From an uncultured Bacteroidales bacterium (GTDB taxonomy: Bacteria > Bacteroidota > Bacteroidia > Bacteroidales > B18-G4), in assembly GCA_964531985.1 (NCBI GenBank), contig CAZHFC010000001.1, positions 29,572 through 93,571 on the forward strand: a DNA stretch of 64,000 bases, in the 5' to 3' direction. Both the position numbers and the translations under genes were made by a program. Of this stretch, positions 1 through 8,947 are shown piece by piece. Within the stretch, counting starts at the first letter, position 1, and each line of letters opens with the position of its first letter. The notes beneath the pieces are model-generated. The model worked only from the letters and a program-made list of their open reading frames with translations, had not been told where the DNA came from and did no database searches.

Positions 1-98
1 TTGCATGCCATAAGATTTTTCAAAGGACAAAGGTATTAAAGATGGACCATAGGGAAGGGAGAAAAATCTATTTTGAGCCAATATAAATTATAAGAATT

Positions 99-116
99 CT
101 GTGAAATTATTAACAA
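99..116. promoter_or_regulatory. Putative Rex (NADH/NAD+ sensor) operator
   Basis: CTGTGAAATTATTAACAA matches the Rex consensus TTGTGAA-N4-TTCACAA at 12 of 14 positions. It lies just upstream of the TAATTTTG -7 element (123-130) of the acyl-CoA dehydrogenase gene. Confidence 0.6.
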
Positions 117-168
117 TATGGCTAATTTTGCCGCTTACTCCGTTTGAAATAAAAAAACTGAAAAAAAC

Positions 169-1350
169 ATGGCAGCAAGCATTCAATTTGTGGCACCCGA
201 CCATTACCTGGTTGATGAACTTTATACCGATGAACATAAGATCATTCGCGATGCGGCGAGGGATTGGGTAAACCGTTCGGTAAAACCCGTTATCGAAGAA
301 TACTTTGAAAAAGCGCAATTTCCCAGGCATCTGGTAAAGGAAATGGGCGATATGGGCATGTTTGGCCCTTTCATCCCCGAACAATATGGCGGCCCCGGCC
401 TTGATTATGTTTCCTATGGCCTCATCATGCAGGAACTTGAAAGAGGCGACTCGGGCATCCGCTCCATGGCCTCCGTGCAAACTTCGCTGGTTTGTTTTCC
501 GATATGGAAATATGCCACGGAAGAGCAAAAACAAAAATGGCTTCCACGACTGGTCAGCGGCGAGATCATTGGCTGTTTCGGCCTTACCGAGCCAAACCAT
601 GGCTCCGATCCCGGAAGCATGGTCACTCATTTTGAAGACAAAGGCGACCATGTGGTGCTGAACGGTGCCAAGATGTGGATCACCAACTCCACCATTGCCG
701 ATATTGCCGTTGTCTGGGCAAAAGACGAACAGGGCGTGATCAGGGGAATGTTGGTGGAAGCAGGTGGTGAAGGCTATTCTGCCCCCGAAACCCATGGAAA
801 ATATTCACTGAGGGCTTCTGTTACCGGCGAGCTGGTGTTTGACAATTTGAAGGTCCCCAAAGAAAACCTTTTCCCTGAAATAACAGGCCTGCGCGGCCCG
901 CTGAGTTGCCTCAACTCCGCCCGCTACGGTATCGCCTGGGGAGCCGTGGGCGCAGCCATGGACTGCTACGATGCAGCCCTGCGCTATTCCCTTGAAAGAA
1001 AACAGTTCGGCAAGCCCATCGCTGCCTTTCAGCTTCAACAGAAAAAACTGGCCGAAGCCATTACCGAAATCACCAAGGCCCAGCTTTTGCTCTGGCGACT
1101 GGGATTTCTCCGCAATGAAGGCAAAGCTTCCGCCGCCATGATATCCATGGCCAAACGGAACAATGTGAACATGGCCCTGGAAATTGCCCGCGAAACGCGC
1201 CAGATACTCGGGGCAATGGGCATCACCAACGACTTCCCGATGATGCGCCACATGATGAACCTCGAATCGGTGATCACATACGAAGGCACCCATGATGTAC
1301 ATCTCCTCATAACCGGTGCTGAAATTACGGGTATCCCTGCTTATAAATAG
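169..1350 (+). CDS. gcdH: Acyl-CoA dehydrogenase, glutaryl-CoA dehydrogenase-like
   Basis: Motifs GCFGLTEPNHGSDP, LNGAKMWITN, ERKQFGKPIAAFQLQQ and ESVITYEGTHDVH. Confidence 0.85.
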   Translation: MAASIQFVAPDHYLVDELYTDEHKIIRDAARDWVNRSVKPVIEEYFEKAQFPRHLVKEMGDMGMFGPFIPEQYGGPGLDYVSYGLIMQELERGDSGIRSMASVQTSLVCFPIWKYATEEQKQKWLPRLVSGEIIGCFGLTEPNHGSDPGSMVTHFEDKGDHVVLNGAKMWITNSTIADIAVVWAKDEQGVIRGMLVEAGGEGYSAPETHGKYSLRASVTGELVFDNLKVPKENLFPEITGLRGPLSCLNSARYGIAWGAVGAAMDCYDAALRYSLERKQFGKPIAAFQLQQKKLAEAITEITKAQLLLWRLGFLRNEGKASAAMISMAKRNNVNMALEIARETRQILGAMGITNDFPMMRHMMNLESVITYEGTHDVHLLITGAEITGIPAYK

Positions 1351-1391
1351 CATATCCCACAATTATCTGAATAATAAAAAGTGAACATACA

Positions 1392-1430
1392 AAAAGAGGC
1401 TGTCTCTTTTGATTCGAGACAGCCTCTTTT
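1392..1430. terminator. Bidirectional intrinsic terminator
   Basis: 15-bp inverted repeat aaaagaggctgtctc / gagacagcctctttt with a 9-nt loop, between convergent genes. Confidence 0.9.
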
Positions 1431-1451
1431 ATATTTAGATGATCACGCTGA

Positions 1452-4400
1452 TCACTTCTGTACTTTGATCTTCCTGATCACCTGCGTCTCACCGGCAAGC
1501 ACCCTGAGCAGGTACATGCCATCGGCAAGGCCGGATATATTGAGTTGTTGTGTGTTCTGACCGGCACCCTGGTAACCTGAGTACGAATCCATAACCTTGT
1601 TGCCAACCATATTGTAAACTTCAAAACTTACAGTTTCGGATTGTGAAAGCGTGTAGTTGATGTTCACAATGCTTCTGGCCGGGTTGGGGTAAACATTAAT
1701 GCTTCCTTCATCAATGACCACGCCCTCATCAACAGAGGTGGCAATGGATAAGGGGATCAGGTCGCCGCCGCCCGCCAGGGCAACATAGAGGCCAAAGGCT
1801 TCGCCGTTGCTGTTGTTGGCCGGGTTCAGGAAACCGGAAGCCAGCACTGATATTGCTTCTCCGTCGAGGCCAAGGCTGGCCAGGGGTGCGGCATAGGTCG
1901 CCACAACCACCGTACCGCTTTCATCCCTTACCTCAAGAACATAATCGTTGGTGGCGAGCTCCAGGTATCCTGCAAATTCGCCATACATGAGGTCGTCAAT
2001 GATGGGGCCGCCAACAAAGGCTGTTTCCCAGATGTCAACGGTCGGCGCATCGGTTGAGCCATGGAATACCACTACGTCGGTGTTTGACTGCTCCGAAGCG
2101 ATCTCCCTGGCGGCAGGATAAACATAGATATTAAAAGCTTCTGCGGGATCATAACCGCCCGGGCTTACAATACCATTGGCCACAAGGATATACTTTTCAC
2201 CGCCGGTGAGGGTATAGTTCTGCGACCAGAGCGGGTTTTCAGCGCTGGTGCTGTTGGCCGGCTGGATGGCAATGGTGAATTCCTCACCTGCCGGTGCATC
2301 AATAAACGGAGTGGCCGTCCTGAAAGCAAAGTCGTCGATCAGCAATATGTCATTCAGCCATACATCCACTTGCGCCGCTGCAAGGTCGGCAGAGTTGTGG
2401 ATTACCTGAACGCGTGCTGTGCTGATGCTTTCCTCTGGCAGGGCTATCAGGTCACCACCGGTAGCAAGGGCAACGTAAAGTCCGAAGGCTTCACCGTTGC
2501 TGTTGGCGGAAGGATTCAGAAAACCGGAAGCGATCACGCTGATGGCTTCTCCGTCCAGTCCGAGGGTGCTGAGGGGAGCGCCATACTGGGCTACCACATC
2601 TGTCCCGGCCGAATTCCTGACCTGCAGTGAATAGTCGGCGGTGGGCAGCTCAAGATACCCGGCATATTCGCCATACATCAGGTCGTCGATAAGCATGCCT
2701 GCCGTTACTTCGTAGATGTCAACAACAGGAGCATCCGTAGAGCCGTGAAATACCAGTACGTCGGTGTCCGTCATCCCGCTGCCGTTTTCACGGGCTGCAT
2801 CATATACATAGATGTTGAAAGGTTCAACGGGATCGTAACCCGTGGCACTGACAATACCGTTGGCGATCAGAATATAGGAACCGCCGTCGGCTAGGTTATA
2901 GGTCTGCGACCACAAGGGATTGGAAGCGCTGGTGCTGTTGGCCGGCTGGATGGCGATGGTGAAGTCTGTACCTGCCGGGGCATCGATGAAAGGGGTAGCC
3001 GTCCTGAAAGCAAAGTCGTCGATCAGGAGGGTGTTGTCAAGCCATACATCAACCACCGAAGCATTCAGATCGGCGGAATTGTGGATGACCTGGACCCTGG
3101 CGGTGGATGCGGGTGAAGTCAACTGTATGAGCTGTCCGCCTTCGGGCAGGGCAACAAAAAACCCAAATGCAGGGCCATCGCTGTTGAGCTGCGGATTCAG
3201 AAAACCCGAAGCAATCAGGGCAATGGCTTTGTCGCCCCAGCCAAAACCTGCCAGCGGAGCTTCAAAAACGGCTACAACATCGGTACCCGACTGATCAGTT
3301 ACCTCAAAGGTGTAGTTGGCGGTGGGTATTTCGAAATATCCTGCAAACTGACCATATTCAAGGTTGTCGACAACCGTTGTCTGGGTGCCGGCCTCAACGA
3401 GGTCGATGATGGGTGCATCCGTGGCACCATGGAATACGATCACATCGGTGTTGCCTGACAGGCCCGACATTTCACGGGCCGAAGGATAAACATACAGGTC
3501 GAAAGGAGCGGAAGGGCTATATCCTTCGGGACTTACGATCCCGTTGGCTATGAGCATATATTTTTGTCCTCCTTCAAGAAGGAAGGTTTGCGAATAAACT
3601 GCTGATGCAGGGCTGCTGCTGTTCGGGGGGGCAATGGAAATGGTAAACGCCGTACCGGCCGGTGCATCAACAAATGGGGTGGCCGTACGGAATGCAAAGT
3701 CTGAAATGGCTTTCTCATCGTCGATCCAAACGTCGACAAAAGCGGCATTCAGGTCGGCTGCATTGTGGATCACCTGTACCCGAGCGGTGCTGATATCTTC
3801 CAGCGGAAGCGGAATAAGGTCACCGCCGCCAGCAAGGGCAACATAGAGGCCGAAAGCTTCGCCTTTGTTGTTGGCTTCGGGGTTCAGAAAACCGGATGCC
3901 AAAACAGAGAGTGCCTGCCCGTCAAGGCCGAGGCCGGCAATAGGTGCGGCAAACTGAGCAACAACATTGCTGCCCGAAGCATCGCGTACCTGAAGGGAGT
4001 AGTCGGCAACCGGGAGTTCAAGATAACCCCTGAATTCACCGTAGGCCATGTCATCAATGATGGTTCCGGCACCCTGGGCTACTTCAACAATGTCAACCAC
4101 CGGTGCATCGGTCGAACCATGGAAAACCATAACGTCGGCATTGTCCATCTGGCTTGCCATTTCCCTGGCAACAGGATTTACATAGATGTTAAAAGGAATG
4201 GCAGGCTCGTAGCCGGAAGGGCTTACAATGCCATTGGCAACCAGAACGTATTTCTCGCCTCCCTCAAGGGTATAATCCTGCCACCAGATCGGGTTCTCAG
4301 GGCTGCTGCTGTTCGGGGGAAGGATGGAAATCCTGAACTGAACACCGGCAGGTGCATCAATAAAGGGAGTAGCCGTCCTGAAAGCAAAGTCATCAATCAA

Positions 4401-5924
4401 TAAGATGTCGTTCAGCCACACATCCACAAGCTGTGCTGCTTCGTCGGCCGAGTTGTGAATAACCTGCACGCGTGCAGTGGAAATGCTTTCCTGTGGCAGG
4501 GCGATCAGGTCGCCACCGCTGGCAAGAGCAACATAAAGGCCAAAAGCTTCGCCATTGCTGTTGTTTCCGGGATTCAGAAAACCGGAGGCCAGCACGCTGA
4601 TGGCAGCGCCGTCGAGGCCAAGGCTGCCAAGGGGTGCGCCATACTGGGCAACCACATCGGTTCCGGCAGCATTGCGTACCTGAAGTGAATAATCAGCCGC
4701 GGGAAGCTCCAGGTAACCCCTGAATTCCCCGTAGGGCATATCGTCGATGATGGTGCCGGCACCCTGTGCAACCTCAACAATGTCAACCACGGGTGCATCG
4801 GTTGAACCGTGAAATACAAGTACATCACTCATACCCGGATCCATCGAAATTTCCCTTCCCATGTCATAAACGTAAACATCAAAGGGCTGGGCGGGGTTGT
4901 AAGCATTCAGGTCGATGATGCCGTTGGCTACCAATATGTATTTGCCATTCGGCGCCAGTGTGTAGCTTTGCTCCCAGAGCGCGTTTTCGGGACCGCTGCT
5001 GTTGGCAGGCTGAATGGCAATGGTAAATTCAGTTCCGGCCGGTGCATCGATAAAAGGGGTAGCCGTCCTGAAAGCAAAGTTGTCGATCAATAAAACATCG
5101 TTCAGCCAAACGTCCACTTCCTGGGCGTTTTTATCGGCCGAGTTGTGAATCACCTGCACCCTTGCAGTGGAAATGCTTTCCTGTGGCAGGGCGATCAGGT
5201 CACCACCGTCAGCAAGGGCAACGTAAAGCCCGAAGGCTTCGCCGCCGCTGTTGTTACCGGGGTTCAGGAAACCGGAGGCCAGCACGCTGATGGCAGCGCC
5301 GTCGAGGCCAAGGCTGCCAAGGGGTGCGCCATATTGGGCAACCACATCGGTTCCGGCCGAATTCCTGACCTGCAGCGAATAGTCTGCAGCGGGCAGTTCA
5401 AGGTATCCTGCATAATCACTGTATGCCAGGTCGTCGACGAGCATCCCGGCCGACACTTCAAAGATGTCAACCACGGGAGCATCGGTCGATCCGTGAAATA
5501 CAAGGACATCGGTATTGGAAGCACTCATGGCCGACTCACGGGCTTCGCTGTAAACATATATGTCGAAAGCAGGAGCCGGTGAATAGCCCGAGGGGCTGAC
5601 GATGCCGTTGGCAACCAGTAAATAGGTCTTGCCATCGGTAAGGGTGTAATTCTGCGACCAGAGCGGGTTATCGGCACTGGTGCTGTTCGGGGGCTGGATC
5701 GAAATCGTGAATTCAACCCCTGCGGGAGCATCAATGAACGGACTGGCCGTCCTGAATGAGAAGTCGTCGATGAGCAACTGGTCGTCCAGCCATACATCAA
5801 CGGTTTCAGCGGCCTGGTCGGCCGAGTTGTGAATAACCTGTACCCTGGCCTGACCAAGGGCGACAGTTGCGAGGCCGAAAAAGGCCACTGCTGTAATGAG
5901 TAAAGATTTTTTCAGTGTTTTCAT
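1452..5924 (-). CDS. T9SS-secreted protein with six tandem DUF4397-like double-domain repeats and a type A C-terminal sorting domain
   Basis: N-terminal signal peptide. ARVQVIHNS/AAD and VFHG(S/A)TDAP each recur six times. The C-terminus VYPNPA...GMYLLRV...KIKVQK is a typical T9SS CTD. Confidence 0.85.
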   Translation of the reverse strand: MKTLKKSLLITAVAFFGLATVALGQARVQVIHNSADQAAETVDVWLDDQLLIDDFSFRTASPFIDAPAGVEFTISIQPPNSTSADNPLWSQNYTLTDGKTYLLVANGIVSPSGYSPAPAFDIYVYSEARESAMSASNTDVLVFHGSTDAPVVDIFEVSAGMLVDDLAYSDYAGYLELPAADYSLQVRNSAGTDVVAQYGAPLGSLGLDGAAISVLASGFLNPGNNSGGEAFGLYVALADGGDLIALPQESISTARVQVIHNSADKNAQEVDVWLNDVLLIDNFAFRTATPFIDAPAGTEFTIAIQPANSSGPENALWEQSYTLAPNGKYILVANGIIDLNAYNPAQPFDVYVYDMGREISMDPGMSDVLVFHGSTDAPVVDIVEVAQGAGTIIDDMPYGEFRGYLELPAADYSLQVRNAAGTDVVAQYGAPLGSLGLDGAAISVLASGFLNPGNNSNGEAFGLYVALASGGDLIALPQESISTARVQVIHNSADEAAQLVDVWLNDILLIDDFAFRTATPFIDAPAGVQFRISILPPNSSSPENPIWWQDYTLEGGEKYVLVANGIVSPSGYEPAIPFNIYVNPVAREMASQMDNADVMVFHGSTDAPVVDIVEVAQGAGTIIDDMAYGEFRGYLELPVADYSLQVRDASGSNVVAQFAAPIAGLGLDGQALSVLASGFLNPEANNKGEAFGLYVALAGGGDLIPLPLEDISTARVQVIHNAADLNAAFVDVWIDDEKAISDFAFRTATPFVDAPAGTAFTISIAPPNSSSPASAVYSQTFLLEGGQKYMLIANGIVSPEGYSPSAPFDLYVYPSAREMSGLSGNTDVIVFHGATDAPIIDLVEAGTQTTVVDNLEYGQFAGYFEIPTANYTFEVTDQSGTDVVAVFEAPLAGFGWGDKAIALIASGFLNPQLNSDGPAFGFFVALPEGGQLIQLTSPASTARVQVIHNSADLNASVVDVWLDNTLLIDDFAFRTATPFIDAPAGTDFTIAIQPANSTSASNPLWSQTYNLADGGSYILIANGIVSATGYDPVEPFNIYVYDAARENGSGMTDTDVLVFHGSTDAPVVDIYEVTAGMLIDDLMYGEYAGYLELPTADYSLQVRNSAGTDVVAQYGAPLSTLGLDGEAISVIASGFLNPSANSNGEAFGLYVALATGGDLIALPEESISTARVQVIHNSADLAAAQVDVWLNDILLIDDFAFRTATPFIDAPAGEEFTIAIQPANSTSAENPLWSQNYTLTGGEKYILVANGIVSPGGYDPAEAFNIYVYPAAREIASEQSNTDVVVFHGSTDAPTVDIWETAFVGGPIIDDLMYGEFAGYLELATNDYVLEVRDESGTVVVATYAAPLASLGLDGEAISVLASGFLNPANNSNGEAFGLYVALAGGGDLIPLSIATSVDEGVVIDEGSINVYPNPARSIVNINYTLSQSETVSFEVYNMVGNKVMDSYSGYQGAGQNTQQLNISGLADGMYLLRVLAGETQVIRKIKVQK
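1750..5850 (-). repeat. Six intragenic tandem repeats of 684-690 bp (228-230 aa)
   Basis: The IHN anchor occurs at 5827, 5143, 4453, 3763, 3079 and 2395, giving spacings of 684, 690, 690, 684 and 684 bp. Outer boundaries are approximate. Confidence 0.9.
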
Positions 5925-6253
5925 GTTTTTAATGTTTATGATTTGTTTTTCGTTTTACAACATCATAAACAGCTTTATGGGAATAATGTTTAAGAAAAAT
6001 AAAAAAAAGTTAAACAAAATATCTTTATAGAAACACATGTTGTTGTTTAACAAGTTATTATATAATAATCTCCACAGAATTTTAACAATTTTTTAAGAAT
6101 TGAACCGGCTTATCCGGTATAAGCGGGCCCGGTGACAAGCCCGGAAATTTGAATACTGTCGCATTTATTGTTTCGATGTTGATTCAAAAATTCTCCGGCC
6201 TCAATAAGCTTCCTTAAAGAAAAGGCATACCTTTATCATACAAACCAATTGAT

Positions 6254-7906
6254 ATGGGAAGGAAAACACTGTTTATTATTATCGTCATGGCCGGACTTGT
6301 CGGGAGCATACTGGTTTCATGCAATAAGAATCCCGATACGGAATTGCGTCCTGCATACCTGCAGATGCATCTTCCAAGGCATGAGCTGAAACATGGCACT
6401 TACTACTGTGTCAGCAGTTCTGAACGTTCAATCGAGCTTCAGTTCAGCGAGGTGATCGATGAAACAACCCTTGATGGCAATATCATATTGCGGGATATGG
6501 AAGAGGATCTGACTGAGTCCGTGCAAGTGCAATGCTCGGGAAAGCAGGTGCTGATCATGTTTCAGGAAGGCTTTGCTTTATTGCCGGGATGGAAGTATGA
6601 AATCCATGTGCTGCAGGGCCTCAGATCCATAGGAGGTTTAAGCATGCCATCCGGCACCATCATCGAGTGCCGGACATCCATTGATCATGGCCCCGCACAG
6701 ATACCCGCGGCAGGAGGCAATATGATGCAGCGGAATTCCATCGCGATCATCTCCGATATACACATGGGAGACCCCAGGGCATACAATTATAATTACTGCT
6801 GGTTCGGAAAGAACCGCGAAGCGCTGGAATTTTTCCTTGATTTTGTTCGCGACAGCAGCAGTGTAAAACAGCTTGTGATACTGGGCGACCTGTTCGACGA
6901 ATGGCTGGTTCCGTATACCATTGCGCCTTACGATTCGGCGAATGATATTTCCGGTACCCGCGATTTCTTTATGGCTGTGGCGGCGGCTCCGCTCAACGGC
7001 ACCATATTTGGTAAACTGCGGGAAATTGCCCTACACGACAGCATTGACCTTGTATATGTGCCCGGGAATCACGATATGCTCGGTACACAGGAGATACTGG
7101 AGGAAATCATCCCGGGAGTCCTATGGGCGGGCGGACCCGATGGCCTGGGCTCGTATTCCCCTTTCCCGGAAATGATATTTGAGCACGGACACAGGTATGA
7201 TTTCTTCAATTGCCCGCAATCTTTGGTTAAGCCCGGACATGTGCTGCCGCCTGGTTATTTTATATCACGTTTATATGCAAAAGGAATGATGGAGTCGGCC
7301 GGAAGCGGGAAATCCGGATCGGCGACGGGCAGCTCGATAGAGTTCAGGGCCGCATGGGACATTGCTTATTATTATTGTATTGCCCATTTCATGATGGACC
7401 TTCCCGATGCCAATGCTTCAAACATCCTCATGGGCGGCATTGATGGTTATGAAGAACCCTTTTCATTTCATGCCGCCAAAGAAATGTATGCCACCAATAT
7501 CGAAGACTACTGGCCTGCCACACAGGTGCTGAATGCGGTTCCGGTGCCTACGCCCTGTTGTTTCCAGGCCATCTGGAACGGGCACAGCGATATGTTTTCA
7601 GCAGCGGTAAGGCAATACCTTGAACAACCCCCGGCGCCAAAGGCATACAAGATCTCCGCTTTCGGGCATACCCACCAGCCCATGCTTGAGGTTTTCCCCG
7701 GAGGATCGGGTTTTACGGGTATTTATGCAAATTCCGGCTCCTGGATCGACGAAGACCAGTCTTCCCACAAGGTGAGGACATTCCTGCTTGTCACTCCGAA
7801 AGCATGGACGGGTTCAGAACTGGATGTGGTGGGCCTGTATCAGTATAATCCGGGCATGGACAATGCTTACAAGGCTGTTCTGCTGGCAGAGGAGAGTATC
7901 GAATGA
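6254..7906 (+). CDS. Lipoprotein with an Ig-like (SbsA/Big_5-type) domain and a calcineurin-like metallophosphoesterase domain
   Basis: Lipobox LVSC. All five metallophosphoesterase motifs are present: SDIH, GDLFD, GNHD, EHGH and GHTH. The N-terminal segment IELQFSEVIDETTL...LLPGWKYEI resembles Big_5. Confidence 0.75.
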   Translation: MGRKTLFIIIVMAGLVGSILVSCNKNPDTELRPAYLQMHLPRHELKHGTYYCVSSSERSIELQFSEVIDETTLDGNIILRDMEEDLTESVQVQCSGKQVLIMFQEGFALLPGWKYEIHVLQGLRSIGGLSMPSGTIIECRTSIDHGPAQIPAAGGNMMQRNSIAIISDIHMGDPRAYNYNYCWFGKNREALEFFLDFVRDSSSVKQLVILGDLFDEWLVPYTIAPYDSANDISGTRDFFMAVAAAPLNGTIFGKLREIALHDSIDLVYVPGNHDMLGTQEILEEIIPGVLWAGGPDGLGSYSPFPEMIFEHGHRYDFFNCPQSLVKPGHVLPPGYFISRLYAKGMMESAGSGKSGSATGSSIEFRAAWDIAYYYCIAHFMMDLPDANASNILMGGIDGYEEPFSFHAAKEMYATNIEDYWPATQVLNAVPVPTPCCFQAIWNGHSDMFSAAVRQYLEQPPAPKAYKISAFGHTHQPMLEVFPGGSGFTGIYANSGSWIDEDQSSHKVRTFLLVTPKAWTGSELDVVGLYQYNPGMDNAYKAVLLAEESIE

Positions 7907-7965
7907 TCGGATGCCGGAAGCTTATGTTTTCCGGCAACGGGTAGGATAATGCTGGCAGCCCGGAC

Positions 7966-8112
7966 TTAACGGAGCTTGTTGCTCAGTCCGTCTTTCCTGC
8001 AGATGGGGCATTCGGTATTCTTGTTGGTTGAAATATAACCACAACGGTCGCATTTGTAATACCTGAAATACTGTTTCCTGCTGGTCTGCGGTATTTTAAG
8101 ACCTAATTTCAT
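7966..8112 (-). CDS. 48-aa Cys4 zinc-ribbon/rubredoxin-like microprotein (below the ORF-track size cutoff)
   Basis: Translates as MKLGLKIPQTSRKQYFRYYKCDRCGYISTNKNTECPICRKDGLSNKLR*, with CxxCG-x9-CPxC. There is an A-rich leader before the ATG and a sigma-54 promoter upstream. Confidence 0.75.
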   Translation of the reverse strand: MKLGLKIPQTSRKQYFRYYKCDRCGYISTNKNTECPICRKDGLSNKLR

Positions 8113-8149
8113 TTCTTTTGTGTTCTATGGGGTTTGACATGCAACGTAT

Positions 8150-8165
8150 AGCAATCAACGTGCCA
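8150..8165 (-). promoter_or_regulatory. Sigma-54 (-24/-12) promoter
   Basis: The minus strand reads TGGCACGTTGATTGCT, a perfect match to TGGCACG-N4-TTGCW, 37 nt upstream of the microprotein ATG. Confidence 0.8.
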
Positions 8166-8229
8166 TATGTTGTAATATGTTATTATACAGGTTTTTAAAA
8201 AGAAATGTTACAGAGGGAGAGGATTATTT

Positions 8230-8279
8230 TATCCGTTTCCGGGAGGATGATGGCCTTTTGCATATCCGAAAACGGATAT
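8230..8279. promoter_or_regulatory. Paired palindromic sites, putative enhancer (UAS) for a sigma-54 activator
   Basis: Palindrome ATATCCG-AAAA-CGGATAT (8262-8279) and an imperfect copy TATCCGTTTCCGGGA (8230-8244), 65-115 bp upstream of the -24 box. Confidence 0.6.
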
Positions 8280-8304
8280 AGCGATCGTTATGTTTGTTAT
8301 ATTT

Positions 8305-8673
8305 TTATTTGGAAGGGTGGATCAGTATGGATTTCGACCTGATGTTATATTCGCCGGTATTTGAGTCGATGGCTTTGAGCGTAACCAGAAAGGTCTTGTC
8401 TTCGCCTGTGTTGTTGTAATAGGTATAAGTGGGCTCGAATTGGCCGGAGGTGGATCCGTTATGGAAGGTCCATACCCATTGATCGCTGTATTCCGATGTA
8501 TTATGGAACTGGACGGTTGCGGGTGCAGGGCCTTCGTTCCCACTCACGTAAAAACTGGCAATCGGCAGGGTGAGGGTCCCCACATTTTCACGCTCCTGTT
8601 CATCAACTTTGGCACATGACATCAAGAGGAGAATGCCGGCAGGCAACAGAATAAATAGCAGGATCTTGTTCAT
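8305..8673 (-). CDS. Small PKD-domain lipoprotein
   Basis: Lipobox LMSC and a PKD signature PIASF...APATVQFHNTS..WVWTF..G.TS..FEPTYTY. Confidence 0.75.
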   Translation of the reverse strand: MNKILLFILLPAGILLLMSCAKVDEQERENVGTLTLPIASFYVSGNEGPAPATVQFHNTSEYSDQWVWTFHNGSTSGQFEPTYTYYNNTGEDKTFLVTLKAIDSNTGEYNIRSKSILIHPSK

Positions 8674-8947
8674 TTTCTTGGGTTTTTATTATGATATAAT
8701 TGATTCAATATAAAATGGTTCATATGGTTGTATTCGTGCATGCCATTGCCTGGCACTTTGACGATATTGAAAAGTTTATGATCAAAAATAAGTATATAAA
8801 ACGCATTTTCAAAGGTTATAAAGTATGCGGCTGTATTTTTTAAGTTTACGGCAAAATGTAAATAAATTCGGGTTTTTTGATTTTGGTTTGAGGTTTTGAT
8901 ACTATTTTTGACGAAATGGCGTTTATGGATAAACTTTTTCCGCTTGC

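Noticed and set aside
1750-5850. Recurring DNA words that could suggest a CRISPR array or a DGR template/variable repeat pair
   Set aside because: The period is 684-690 bp and in frame within one CDS. There are no spacers, no cas or reverse transcriptase gene, and no obvious restriction of differences to adenines.
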